The notes: generated from the letters alone by a model not told the origin. A stretch of DNA of 64,000 nucleotides from Deltaproteobacteria bacterium (GCA_016182965.1 JACPFM010000075.1:4687-68686), one strand, 5' to 3'. Counted from the first letter of the stretch, positions 23,611 through 32,498 are shown. Numbers and translations: made by a program.

Positions 23611-23811
23611 CTACAGCTTCGACATCAACGCCGCCCCGAGCTCCGGCTGATCCGTCTTACCGAACCAGTGGCTCCACGTCGCACGCATGAAATCGTGCCC
23701 GGCGACCGTCGCCGTCGCGCGGCCCTGCGTGGCTTTGTCACCATATCCGTTCAGCTCATATGCGTCGCGGAGCATGGTCTTGATCTTGCCGGCGCCCACG
23801 TCGCGCAGCAT
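23611..23811 (-). pseudogene. short ORF, or the 3' part of a frameshifted gene
   Basis: The coding-like tail MLRDVGAGKIKTMLRDAYELNGYGDKATQGRATATVAGHDFMRATWSHWFGKTDQPELGAALMSKL continues upstream only in another frame (SLTEAAAEGSKQAVIDLDADK, around 23825-23900). Locally lower GC. Confidence 0.25.
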
Positions 23812-23960
23812 GACGAAGACGATCTCTTGTCGGCGTCGAGATCGATGACCGCCTGCTTCGACCCTTCGGCGGCAGCTTCGGTGAGCGATGGGCGCTTGTG
23901 GGGCCTCCGTGGTGGGGAGCGCCGGCCGGCCGACGTCGGGTCGGGGGGACGACACCGTCG

Positions 23961-23988
23961 AGTATAGTAAGGAAGCACTTACTTGCAA
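23961..23988 (-). promoter_or_regulatory. near-consensus sigma70-type promoter on the minus strand: TTGCAA, 16-nt spacer, TATACT
   Basis: Direct reading of the AT-richer patch gagtatagtaaggaagcacttacttgcaagc. It points toward the 23611 ORF and the lipid operon. Confidence 0.3.
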
Positions 23989-24056
23989 GCTCGTCTGGCG
24001 CGGCGCACGGCGCGACCGCCGTGCGCTCGGGCGGGTCTGCTCGTACCTTGGGCGGC

Positions 24057-24695
24057 ATGGACATCGGCGCCACCACCCTGCTCGCACTCGCCGTCGCGCT
24101 CCTCGCGTGCGGCGGCAAGACCGCGTCCGACGCCTCCGACGCCTCCGTCGATGCCAGCGTCGACGGCGCCGCCGACGTGGCCGTCGACGGCCCCCATCTG
24201 GACGCTCCGCCGGGCGATCTCGCCGCGTGCACCGGCCCAGGGCAGTGCGTGCTCTCGATGAACGGCTGCTGCGGGCCTTGCGGCTTCCCGAGCCTCGCCG
24301 ACTTCACCGCGGTCAACGAGAAGAACGTCGCCGCGTTCCGGAAGATGACCTGCCCCAACCCCGAGCTGGTCGACTGCCCGGGGTGCCCCACGTCGATCGA
24401 CAAGTCGCTGATGTCCTTCTGCCAGGCGGGCAAGTGCGCGCCGATCGATCTGCGCACCCACCCGCTGTCCGCGTGCACGACCGACGCCGACTGCGTGCTG
24501 CGCACCTCCGAGTGCTGCGAGTGCGGCGGCGACGCGGCGAACCCGATCACGATCAACCAGGCGTCGCGCGCCGGCTACGAGAAGGAGGTCTGCAAGCCTG
24601 GCACCGGGTGCCCGGAGTGCATGCCGTCCTACCCGGCGATCAAGCCGATCTGCGACGCGACGACGAAGCACTGCGTGATCCCGATCCGCGGGTGA
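24057..24695 (+). CDS. Cys-rich lipoprotein with an internally duplicated module of about 75 aa
   Basis: MDIGATTLLALAVALLACGG lipobox. Two related modules: C..GQCVLSMNGCCGPCG...C...C.GC...C..GKC and C..DADCVLRTSECCECGG...C...GCPEC...C...KHC. Confidence 0.7.
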   Translation: MDIGATTLLALAVALLACGGKTASDASDASVDASVDGAADVAVDGPHLDAPPGDLAACTGPGQCVLSMNGCCGPCGFPSLADFTAVNEKNVAAFRKMTCPNPELVDCPGCPTSIDKSLMSFCQAGKCAPIDLRTHPLSACTTDADCVLRTSECCECGGDAANPITINQASRAGYEKEVCKPGTGCPECMPSYPAIKPICDATTKHCVIPIRG

Positions 24696-24702
24696 GGCGA
24701 GC

Positions 24703-25488
24703 ATGGAACACGAGTACGTCGATCAAGGCTCCGGCAAGCCGGTCGTGCTCATCCCGGGGATGGAGGGCACCAAGGAGTTCTGGCGGTTCCAGCAGGCGGT
24801 GCTCCGCGCGCGCTACCGCACGATCGTCGTGGAGTACCCGCGCCGCAGGCCGAGCCTCGGGACGACGGTCGCCGACTACGCCGTGCACGTCACCGAGCTG
24901 CTCGATGCGCTGGGCGTCGCGCGGGCGGCCTTCGTCGGCGAGTCGTTCGGCGGCGTCATCGCGCAGGAGATCGCGACCTCCCACGCGCATCGCGTCGAGG
25001 CGCTGGTGCTCTGCAACACGATGGACCGCGCGCGCTACGACCACTTCGGGCTGAACATGTTCACCCTGGCGACGGTGGTGCACATGTCCGCGTTCGCGCT
25101 GCCGATGCGGTATCGGCGGCCGATCCTCCGCTGGGTCGGCAGCCACCGCGGGTTCGTCCTCGATCCGTCGCCCGGCAACGAGGCGCTCATCGACTACATC
25201 CTCGAGTACGGCACCCTGCACGGCCTCGGCGCCAACATCGACCGCATGATCGCCGGCAGCAAGGCGCGCTACGCCGAGAAGCTCGCGTCGATCACCGCGC
25301 CGACCCTGCTGTTGCGCGGCACCGAGGACCGCGTGGTCAGCCACGCCACGATGGAGGCGATGAAGGCGCGCATCCCCGGCGCGGAGCTCGCCCTCATCGA
25401 GGGCGGCGGTCACTGCTGTCAGGTCACGCTGCCCGACGAGACCAACCGAGTGCTCGTCGGGTGGCTCGAGCGGATAGGGTATCGCTGA
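24703..25488 (+). CDS. alpha/beta hydrolase fold protein
   Basis: VVLIPGMEG, the nucleophile elbow GESFGG, and a C-terminal GGHCC histidine region. Confidence 0.8.
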   Translation: MEHEYVDQGSGKPVVLIPGMEGTKEFWRFQQAVLRARYRTIVVEYPRRRPSLGTTVADYAVHVTELLDALGVARAAFVGESFGGVIAQEIATSHAHRVEALVLCNTMDRARYDHFGLNMFTLATVVHMSAFALPMRYRRPILRWVGSHRGFVLDPSPGNEALIDYILEYGTLHGLGANIDRMIAGSKARYAEKLASITAPTLLLRGTEDRVVSHATMEAMKARIPGAELALIEGGGHCCQVTLPDETNRVLVGWLERIGYR

Positions 25489-25600
25489 GCCTCGCGCGCT
25501 TGACCAATCGCGATCGACGCATCACTCTAGCGGCCGTCCCGCGACCCGGGAGGTGCGCCATGTTCCAGACCAACACCGCTGGCTCTCCGCGTCGCTCCGC

Positions 25601-25628
25601 GCGGACCTGATCTTCGAGACAGGTCCGC
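25601..25628 (+). other. stem-loop GCGGACCTG-N10-CAGGTCCGC in the rbfA-like leader
   Basis: Perfect 9-bp stem, followed by a GATTTCGATCGATTCGATTTC direct repeat. Confidence 0.35.
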
Positions 25629-25683
25629 GGCGGAGCCCGAGCGATTTCGATCGATTCGATTTCCTGCTCCACCGGAGAGACCC

Positions 25684-26001
25684 TTGAAGAAACATCCAGA
25701 ACGCGGCGCGCTCCATGCGGAACGCGTCCAGCTCGCGCTCGCGCGGGAGCTCGCCGAGCTCTTCCGCGACGAGATCGCCGACCCCTTGCTCGAGGACCTC
25801 CAGGTCCTCGACGTCGTGCTGTCCAGAGACGGCCGCCACGCGCGCGTGCACGTGGCGGTCCCCACCGATCGAGACGCCGACGCGGTCATGTCCGCGCTCG
25901 GCCGGGCCGCGCCGTTTCTTCGCGCGAGCGTCGCGAGCGCATTGTCGCTCGAACGCACGCCGGAGCTGCGGTTCGCCATCCACCCGAGGGGCGCGACCTG
26001 A
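25684..26001 (+). CDS. rbfA: ribosome-binding factor A family protein (stand-alone copy)
   Basis: 105 aa. RVQLALARELAELFRDEIADPLL..LQVLDVVLSRDGRHARVHV...FLRASVASALSLERTPELRF aligns by eye with E. coli RbfA. TTG start. Confidence 0.65.
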   Translation: MKKHPERGALHAERVQLALARELAELFRDEIADPLLEDLQVLDVVLSRDGRHARVHVAVPTDRDADAVMSALGRAAPFLRASVASALSLERTPELRFAIHPRGAT

Positions 26002-27101
26002 TGCGCGTCTTCTCGGGTGGGCGTGTGCCCATCCGAGTATGGGCACGACACCTCGACGACGCCGCGCTGCAGCAGCTCCGCGCCCTGGCCGACCAGCCTT
26101 GGGTGCACGAGGCCGTGTGCGCGATGCCCGACGTCCACGTCTCCCACGGCGTGTCCGTCGGCACCGTGTTCGCGACGCGCGACGTCGTCGTCCCCTCCGC
26201 GCTCGGCGGCGATCTCGGCTGCGGGATCGCCGCCGCGTGCGTCCCCGGCGCCGCCGCCGGCGTCGATCTCCGCGCCGTCCTCGATCGCCTCGCCGAGGTG
26301 GTCCCCGTCGGCGACGCCGTGCACCGCTCCCGCGAGCTCGCGCCGCGGGCGCGGCGACTCGACCCGCTGCCGGAGCACCTCGCCGAGGCGCCGCTCTCGA
26401 CGCGCGCGCTCGCGCGCACCCGCGACGCGATCGGCGCCCGTCACCTCGGCACCCTCGGCGGCGGGAACCACTTCCTCGAGCTCGATCGTGACGTGGACGG
26501 CGATCTGTGGATCCTCGTCCACAGCGGCTCGCGCGGCATCGGCGCGGCGATCGCCGAGCACCATCGCCGCGTCGGCGAGGTGCTCGCGATCGATCGCGAC
26601 GAGGGGCGGCTCTACCTCCGCGATCTCGAGCTCGCGCTCGCGTTCGCGGCGGAGAACCGGCGTCGGCTCCTCCGCGCGGCGCTCGACGTGCTCGGGGCGG
26701 CCGGCGAGGCCATCGTCGACGTGCACCACAACCACGTGGCGCGCGACGGCGAGCGACTCGTCCACCGCAAAGGGGCGATCGCCGCGCCCGCCGGCGCGCG
26801 CGCGATCATCCCCGGCTCGATGGCGACGGCGAGCTACGTCGTCGAGGGCAGGGGGGAGCCGCTGTCGTTCGCGTCCGCGTCGCACGGCGCGGGTCGCGTG
26901 ATGACGCGCACGCAGGCGCGGCGCACGCTGCGCCGCGACGCCGTCGACCGCGCGCTCCGGCGCGTGGTGTGGCGCGCCGAGAGCGACGTCCGCGAGGAGG
27001 CGCCGCAGGTGTATCGAGACATCGGAGAGGTGCTCGAGGATCAGGCCGACCTCGTCACGCCGCTGCTCCGTCTCGAGCCGCTCGCGGTGCTGAAGGGCTG
27101 A
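26001..27101 (+). CDS. rtcB: RtcB family RNA 3'-phosphate ligase
   Basis: AMPDVHVSHGVSVG, GGDLGCG, LGGGNHFLEL, HSGSRGIG, HNHV, PGSM, SASHGAGR: the full set of RtcB metal and GMP-histidine motifs. The start overlaps the rbfA-like stop by 1 nt. Confidence 0.9.
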   Translation: MRVFSGGRVPIRVWARHLDDAALQQLRALADQPWVHEAVCAMPDVHVSHGVSVGTVFATRDVVVPSALGGDLGCGIAAACVPGAAAGVDLRAVLDRLAEVVPVGDAVHRSRELAPRARRLDPLPEHLAEAPLSTRALARTRDAIGARHLGTLGGGNHFLELDRDVDGDLWILVHSGSRGIGAAIAEHHRRVGEVLAIDRDEGRLYLRDLELALAFAAENRRRLLRAALDVLGAAGEAIVDVHHNHVARDGERLVHRKGAIAAPAGARAIIPGSMATASYVVEGRGEPLSFASASHGAGRVMTRTQARRTLRRDAVDRALRRVVWRAESDVREEAPQVYRDIGEVLEDQADLVTPLLRLEPLAVLKG

Positions 27102-27102
27102 G

Positions 27103-27131
27103 CACGACGAGGGCGCCGCGCGCTCGTCGTG
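27103..27131. terminator. bidirectional hairpin CACGACGAG-N11-CTCGTCGTG between convergent genes
   Basis: Perfect 9-bp stem, starting 2 nt after the rtcB stop and ending 17 nt from the 27148 stop. No U-tract. Confidence 0.4.
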
Positions 27132-27147
27132 AGCGCGCGGCGCACTC

Positions 27148-28014
27148 TCATTTCTTGGGGCCGAACGAGTGATCGAGGATGCCGACGACCTGCAGCTGCG
27201 TGTCGAGCGGCTCGCGCGCGCCGATCGGCTCGCGATGGTAGCGCGCGTTGAAGTTCATCCCGAGCGCGAACCCCTTGCCGACGCGGTTGAAGAGGTTGGC
27301 GATGGCGAACACGCGGAAGTCCTGCTCGCGGTTGACCGCCTGCTGCGCCTCGAGGGCGACGTCGAGGTCGAGCGTCGTGTTCAGCTCCAACGACGTCCCG
27401 AGCGTGAGCAGCGGGCCGTGCACCCAGCGGCGCTCGCCGAACCCGTCCTCGCGCGCCTTGCGATCGAGGAAGAGGATCTCGTGCGCGGCGCGATACCCGA
27501 TGTCGGTCCACAGCTCGAACGCCCCGGTCGCGATCCACGTGTGCTGGAAGCCGCCGTAGGGCGAGTAGCGCGCGCGGAAGCCCGAAGAGGTGTCGCGAAA
27601 CACGAGCCCGCCGACGAAGAGGGCGTTGTGCTCGGACAGGAATCGGTCGTAGCGCAGGCGCGTGTAGTACAGCGAGTCCGTCTTGAACCTGTGCTCCGGC
27701 GCGTCCGGATCGCGCTCGTCTTCGGCGCGCGGCGCCGCCGCGCGCCCGTAGTTGACGATGCCGCTCCACGTGACCTCGTCCATTCCGCGTCGGTGCGAGA
27801 CGCGCACCTGCGTGTTGCTCGAGTACGACTTGCTGTTGCCGGACGACCAACTCCCGCCGAGCTGACCGGACAGCTTGGTGCGATCGGTGGAGCCGCCCTC
27901 GATCGGCGGCGCGGCGTCCTGCGCCGACGCGCGGGCGGACACCCCCAGCGCCGCGATCGCGAACGCCCCGACGACCGCGCGTCCGGAGCCGCTCTCGCGC
28001 AGAAGCCGGCGCAT
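27148..28014 (-). CDS. DUF481 family outer-membrane beta-barrel protein
   Basis: Signal peptide ending ASAQD. Alternating beta-strand pattern (YYTRLRYDRFLSEHNALFVGGLVFRDTSSGFRARYSPYGGFQHTW). C-terminal aromatic residue. Confidence 0.65.
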   Translation of the reverse strand: MRRLLRESGSGRAVVGAFAIAALGVSARASAQDAAPPIEGGSTDRTKLSGQLGGSWSSGNSKSYSSNTQVRVSHRRGMDEVTWSGIVNYGRAAAPRAEDERDPDAPEHRFKTDSLYYTRLRYDRFLSEHNALFVGGLVFRDTSSGFRARYSPYGGFQHTWIATGAFELWTDIGYRAAHEILFLDRKAREDGFGERRWVHGPLLTLGTSLELNTTLDLDVALEAQQAVNREQDFRVFAIANLFNRVGKGFALGMNFNARYHREPIGAREPLDTQLQVVGILDHSFGPKK

Positions 28015-28096
28015 CTGCCGGTTACGGATGCGCTGGCCGTGATCGAGTTGCTGAACGCCACGACGCGAGCCTTTGCGTTAGGATGCTCCCGATCCC

Positions 28097-28726
28097 GTGG
28101 CCCAACGCGAAGTCCGAAGGCAGCAGATCCTCGATCGCGCCCGCGACGTGTTCGCGAAGAAGGGCTATCACGCCGCCAAGATCGACGACGTGGTCGCCGC
28201 CGCCGGCGTCGCGCGCGGCACGTTCTACCTCTACTTCCACGACAAGCGCTCGATCTTCGAGGAGCTGGTCAGCCGCTTCTTCCACCGCATCGCCATCGCG
28301 GTGTCGCGCATCGACGTCGACCAGCCGATCGCGCCGCAGATCACCGCGAACGTCAGCGCCGTGCTCGACGTGTTCGGGTCCGATCCGGGCATGGCCAAGA
28401 TCATCCTCACCGACGCGATCGGCCTCGACGTCGAGTTCGATCGGCGGCTGCTCGCGTTCTACGCCGACATCGAGGCGCTCTTGACGAGCTCGCTCGAAGA
28501 GGGGCAGCAGCTCGGGATCGTGCACCCCGGCGACAAGCGCGTGCTCGCGCACTTCCTCCTCGGCGGTCTGAAGGAGGTGCTGCTGCAGCTCACGCACGCG
28601 CCGGTGCCGGTCGACAAGGCGGCGGTGGTGCGCGACATGTACGCCATCCTCTCGCGCGGCGTCCTGACCGAGACGCCGCGCACGCGCTCCAAGACCGCGG
28701 TCAAGCGCAAGAGCGCCCGCTCGTAG
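28097..28726 (+). CDS. TetR/AcrR family transcriptional regulator
   Basis: N-terminal HTH: ILDRARDVFAKKGYHAAKIDDVVAAAGVARGTFYLYFHDKRSIF. Confidence 0.9.
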   Translation: MAQREVRRQQILDRARDVFAKKGYHAAKIDDVVAAAGVARGTFYLYFHDKRSIFEELVSRFFHRIAIAVSRIDVDQPIAPQITANVSAVLDVFGSDPGMAKIILTDAIGLDVEFDRRLLAFYADIEALLTSSLEEGQQLGIVHPGDKRVLAHFLLGGLKEVLLQLTHAPVPVDKAAVVRDMYAILSRGVLTETPRTRSKTAVKRKSARS

Positions 28727-29393
28727 CGCCGGCGACGGTGACCGTGGCGCCGAGCGCCGCGTGTCCGCGGAACGTCGCGCCGCGCAGCACCAGCTCGAAA
28801 GCCGGGCCGCCGTCGGCGCGGTGCCAGGGACCGGACGTGGTCTCGGCGTCGTCGAAGCGCGCGAGCGCGCGGACGAGCGGCCCGCGCTCGTCGGCGTGCA
28901 CGGCGTGGACGAGACCGTGCTCGGCGCGGTCGCCCAGCGACGCGCGCGCGCCGCACCCGAGTGACAAAGGCGTGAGCGCGCTCCGATCGAGCAGGACCTC
29001 CTCGGCTGCGACGCCGTAGGTCTTGGCGCCGTCGGCGTCGGCGTTGCGCTCGTGCGCGACCAGCAACGCGGCGTCGGCGAGCACCGCCGTGCAGCGGAAC
29101 TCGAGCTCCAGCGCGCGGTGCACGCGCGCGACGCACGAGACCGTCTCGCCCGCGCGACGGAACGCCTCGCGGATGGCGTCGCGGACGCGATGCGCGTCGG
29201 CGGCGCTCGCGAGCACGCGATCCCAGAACGTCCACGCGACGTCGACGCGGCCGGCGAGCCGTCGGGCGGCTTCGTTCGTGCCGGTGATGCGGCCCCCGGG
29301 TTCGAGGACGAGCACGACCGGCCATCGCGCGGTGGGTGTCACCGCGCCCGTGGCAATCCAACGACGCACCGAGTCCGGCATGTGGTTCGACAT
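28701..29393 (-). CDS. hypothetical protein with an N-terminal PAS-like segment
   Basis: 230 aa from the ATG at 29393. VLVLEPGGRITGTNEAARRLAG resembles a PAS core. Good GC3 frame. Confidence 0.5.
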   Translation of the reverse strand: MSNHMPDSVRRWIATGAVTPTARWPVVLVLEPGGRITGTNEAARRLAGRVDVAWTFWDRVLASAADAHRVRDAIREAFRRAGETVSCVARVHRALELEFRCTAVLADAALLVAHERNADADGAKTYGVAAEEVLLDRSALTPLSLGCGARASLGDRAEHGLVHAVHADERGPLVRALARFDDAETTSGPWHRADGGPAFELVLRGATFRGHAALGATVTVAGATSGRSCA

Positions 29394-29521
29394 TCGGCCC
29401 CCCTCTGGTCGAAACCAACAGTGATCGTACCGGGATGGTAAGCGCCACGGATGGGCAAGCGCCAGTGGCAGAGCTTCACAATCCCGACGCGGGATGCGAC
29501 GCGGACGGACGCTGCTCGTCG

Positions 29522-29962
29522 TCAGCGCACGCGCTCGAGACGCATCGCCTCTTCGTCCTCGCCGTCGTCGTCCCGCACGTAAATCGTGAGCGCGTCGCTG
29601 CCTTCGACGAGCACGTCGAGATCGTGATGCTTGCCCTTGGCATCCGTGATCTGCACCTCGAGCAGATCGCCGTCCTGCCGCACGATCTTCCACGACGCGC
29701 GGGAGCTGAAGCCTGCGCGCTCCACGCGCAGCTCGGTGCGCGTGAACACGATCTCGATGCCCGGATCGTGGACTTGCGAGGAGCTGTGGCTCTTCTTCTG
29801 GGTGATCACCGACCACCTGCCGAGCAGCGTGGCCCGGCGGCTCTCGCGCATCGCGTCCCAGCGGGGCGTGACGAATGCTCGTGCCGGCGTCGCGCCGGTG
29901 GCGGCGGCGCCGACGCACGCGAGCGCGAAGGCGAAGAACGAGCGCCGCGTCTGCTTCACCAC
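29522..29962 (-). CDS. secreted hypothetical protein (Tat-like signal)
   Basis: VKQTRRSFFAFALACVGAAATGATPARA signal. The mature part has balanced composition. Confidence 0.6.
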   Translation of the reverse strand: MVKQTRRSFFAFALACVGAAATGATPARAFVTPRWDAMRESRRATLLGRWSVITQKKSHSSSQVHDPGIEIVFTRTELRVERAGFSSRASWKIVRQDGDLLEVQITDAKGKHHDLDVLVEGSDALTIYVRDDDGEDEEAMRLERVR

Positions 29963-29993
29963 GGGAGGCTAGCAGCCGTGGTATCCCGGGGCG

Positions 29994-30401
29994 ATGGGAC
30001 TCGGGGTGCTCGCCGTCATCGTCGCAGCCGCGGCCGTGGCCGTGGTCCTGTGGGCCCTGTCGACCGAGCGGCGCCGCGACGAGGCGGCGCGCGACTTCGC
30101 GCGCCAGATCTTCCTCGTCGACGGCATCGCCGAGGCGAGCGCGCCGCCCGATCGCATCCGTTCCTTGCACGCATACCTCGTGCGTGCCGAATCGGGCACC
30201 GGCTCCATGGTCGTGCTCGCGTCCGCGCAGATGGCCGCGGCCGAGCTCGTCGCGACGAAGTCGGAGGAGGAGATCGCCGTCTCGTGCCTCGGCCGACACC
30301 GCGTGGTGCCGCTGCCGCAGGGCCGGTGGGCGGTCGCCGTGCTCCCCCCGTGGCTCGGCTTCCTCGGCGGGTCTTGCGAGCACGGGGGCGTGCACGAATG
30401 A
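29994..30401 (+). CDS. membrane-anchored hypothetical protein
   Basis: N-terminal TM helix GLGVLAVIVAAAAVAVVLWAL. ATGA overlap with mutH. Confidence 0.5.
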   Translation: MGLGVLAVIVAAAAVAVVLWALSTERRRDEAARDFARQIFLVDGIAEASAPPDRIRSLHAYLVRAESGTGSMVVLASAQMAAAELVATKSEEEIAVSCLGRHRVVPLPQGRWAVAVLPPWLGFLGGSCEHGGVHE

Positions 30402-31066
30402 TCCCGCCGACCATCCGTCCGCGAGGGCTCGACGAGCTCCACGCGCGCGCCGAGGCGATCGCCGGCCGCACCCTCGAAGACGTCGCGCGGGCGCTCGGCG
30501 TCGACCCGCCGCGCGTGGGCCTCCGCACCAAGGGCAAGCTCGGCGAGCTGGTCGAGCGCGCGCTCGGCGCAACGGGCGGATCGCAGGCGACGCACGACTT
30601 CCCCGACCTCGGCGTCGAGCTCAAGACCATCCCGGTCGACGCGTCGCTGCGGCCGCGCGAGTCGACGTACGTGTGCCGCATCTCCCTCGCCGAGGCGGAG
30701 CGCGCCGAGTGGGAGAGCTCGTGGGTGCGGCGCAAGCTCGCGCACGTCTTGTGGGTCCCGCTGGTCGAGTGGCACACGATCGGTCGGCCCGTGTTCTGGC
30801 GACCGACGCCCGCGCAGGACCGGCTGCTGCGCGCCGACTTCGAGGAGCTGATGGGCGCGATCGGCGCCGGGCACATCGAGGATCTCACGGCGCGCGACGG
30901 CGTGGTCCTGCAGGTGCGGCCCAAGGCGAAGGACGGCAGCGTGCGGACCACCGCGTGGGACCGCGACGGCGATCCGGTCCAGACGGTGCCCCGCGGGTTC
31001 TATCTGCGCGCCAGGTTCACCGGCGCGATCTTGCGCGACCCGACGGCGATGCCGGACGTCTCGTGA
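30398..31066 (+). CDS. mutH: DNA mismatch repair endonuclease MutH homolog
   Basis: 222 aa. KGKLGELVERALGATGGSQATHDFPDLGVELKTIPVD...VLWVPL...LQVRPKAKDG...VPRGFYLRARF aligns along its full length with E. coli MutH, including the D/E-x-K catalytic residues (DF...VELK). Confidence 0.85.
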   Translation: MIPPTIRPRGLDELHARAEAIAGRTLEDVARALGVDPPRVGLRTKGKLGELVERALGATGGSQATHDFPDLGVELKTIPVDASLRPRESTYVCRISLAEAERAEWESSWVRRKLAHVLWVPLVEWHTIGRPVFWRPTPAQDRLLRADFEELMGAIGAGHIEDLTARDGVVLQVRPKAKDGSVRTTAWDRDGDPVQTVPRGFYLRARFTGAILRDPTAMPDVS

Positions 31067-31069
31067 CGC

Positions 31070-31927
31070 TCACACGACGAAATCGAGCATCTGCACGCGC
31101 GTCAGGTAGTCGGAGAGCACGCGCTTGTAGTCGTCGACCAGGAGGTCGAGCGCGACGACCGTGCCGCTGCCGTTCTTCTCGATGGTGCCGCTGACCGGGA
31201 TCTCGCCCGTGGGCATCATCAGCACGCCGCTCCACGACTGCCCCGGCGCGCCGACCTCGCCGGCGAGACAGAGGTGGTCCTCGCTGATCTCGGCGACGTC
31301 GATCGATTTGCCGTCGTCGAGGCGGACCTTGCTCGAGAGCGCGCGCGGCGGCGCCACCATGTAGTGGCCGCGGCGGTTGTGCTCGATGAGATCGTCGAGC
31401 GCCTTGGCCACCGGCTCGGACAGCTCCGTCTCGGCGCTCTCGAGGATCAGCTCGCGCAGCTCCTTCATCTTCTTCTGCGTGCGGATGATGTTCGCGCGCA
31501 TCTCCTCGAGGCGGTGCTCGTCGCGCCGGACCTTGTCGGAGACGATCTCGAGGAGCGAGTGGTAGAAGGGGTAGGCGACGTCGCCGTGCTTCTCGAAGAA
31601 CGCGAGCAGCTTCGGCACCGCGACCCGCCACACCTCCGAGGGCTGCGCGGCGACGGCCTTGACGTTGTGCGCGACGCCGGTGAGCGCGCCGAGCTCGCCG
31701 ATGGGCGCGAGCGGCGCCAGGCGGAAGCGCTCGATGCGGTCCTCGATCAGCGAGACCGAGCCGGAGACGAGGATCTGGAACTGATCGGCCGGCGCGCCCG
31801 CCTCGAACAACACCTCGCCGCTCGTCAGCGAGCGACGCTCGAAGATCGCGCCGAGCTCGTCGAGGTGGGCGTCGGTCATCCGCGAGAAGAGGGGGATGGT
31901 GCGCAGGTCGCTCGGGCGGATCGTCAT
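31070..31927 (-). CDS. cyclic nucleotide-binding domain protein with a PilZ-like C-terminal region
   Basis: IPLFSRMTDAHLDELGAIFERRSLTSGEVLFEAGAPADQFQILVSGSV is a cNMP-binding fold. The C-terminal beta-rich part with NRRGHY and EISEDHL only weakly resembles PilZ. Confidence 0.65.
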   Translation of the reverse strand: MTIRPSDLRTIPLFSRMTDAHLDELGAIFERRSLTSGEVLFEAGAPADQFQILVSGSVSLIEDRIERFRLAPLAPIGELGALTGVAHNVKAVAAQPSEVWRVAVPKLLAFFEKHGDVAYPFYHSLLEIVSDKVRRDEHRLEEMRANIIRTQKKMKELRELILESAETELSEPVAKALDDLIEHNRRGHYMVAPPRALSSKVRLDDGKSIDVAEISEDHLCLAGEVGAPGQSWSGVLMMPTGEIPVSGTIEKNGSGTVVALDLLVDDYKRVLSDYLTRVQMLDFVV

Positions 31928-32031
31928 GGCGGCGCCATCGAACGGCGGCCGGTGCGCGCGGTCAACCCCCGTCTCGCCGCATCGACGGCGACGCGAGCGA
32001 TCTGCGCCGGAACGTGGCAAGCTCGGGGGGC

Positions 32032-32412
32032 ATGGACCCGAAGGCCGCCCGCACCCTCCTGCTCGTGACCGGCGCTGCGCTCCTCGTCGGTTTCTTCCTG
32101 CCCTGGGTCGACCTCGGCTTCGGCCCGACCATCTCGGGCTTCGCCGTGGCGCGTCATGCGCCGAGCGGCGCGCTGCTCCAGATGATGCTCTGGCTCGTGC
32201 CGATCGGCGGCCTCGCCATGATCGTCACCGCGGCGACCGGCTCGCGCCACGCGCGCCTCACCTCGGTGCTCGTCGGCCTCGGGCTCGTCGGCTACGCCGT
32301 CGTCAAGACGGTGCACGCGTTCTTCGCGACGACCGGCCTCGGCCTGTGGCTGGTGATCGCCGCCTCGGTCGGCGCCCTCGCCGTGCCGCTCCTCACCCGC
32401 CCCGAGCGCTGA
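32032..32412 (+). CDS. small integral membrane protein (4 TM)
   Basis: Hydrophobic helices throughout and a good GC3 frame. Confidence 0.55.
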   Translation: MDPKAARTLLLVTGAALLVGFFLPWVDLGFGPTISGFAVARHAPSGALLQMMLWLVPIGGLAMIVTAATGSRHARLTSVLVGLGLVGYAVVKTVHAFFATTGLGLWLVIAASVGALAVPLLTRPER

Positions 32413-32498
32413 CGGGCGCGAGCGCTCATTCGCCTCCGCGCGGGAGACGAACGTCGTCCCGAGGGCGAAGAGGTCGTCCGTGACGAGCTCGGCGTCAG

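Noticed and set aside
28701-30572. 623-aa minus-strand track ORF spanning three smaller genes
   Set aside because: Only the last 230 codons (from the ATG at 29393) are coding-like. Upstream it overlaps the supported genes at 29522-29962 and 29994-30401 and is Arg-rich.
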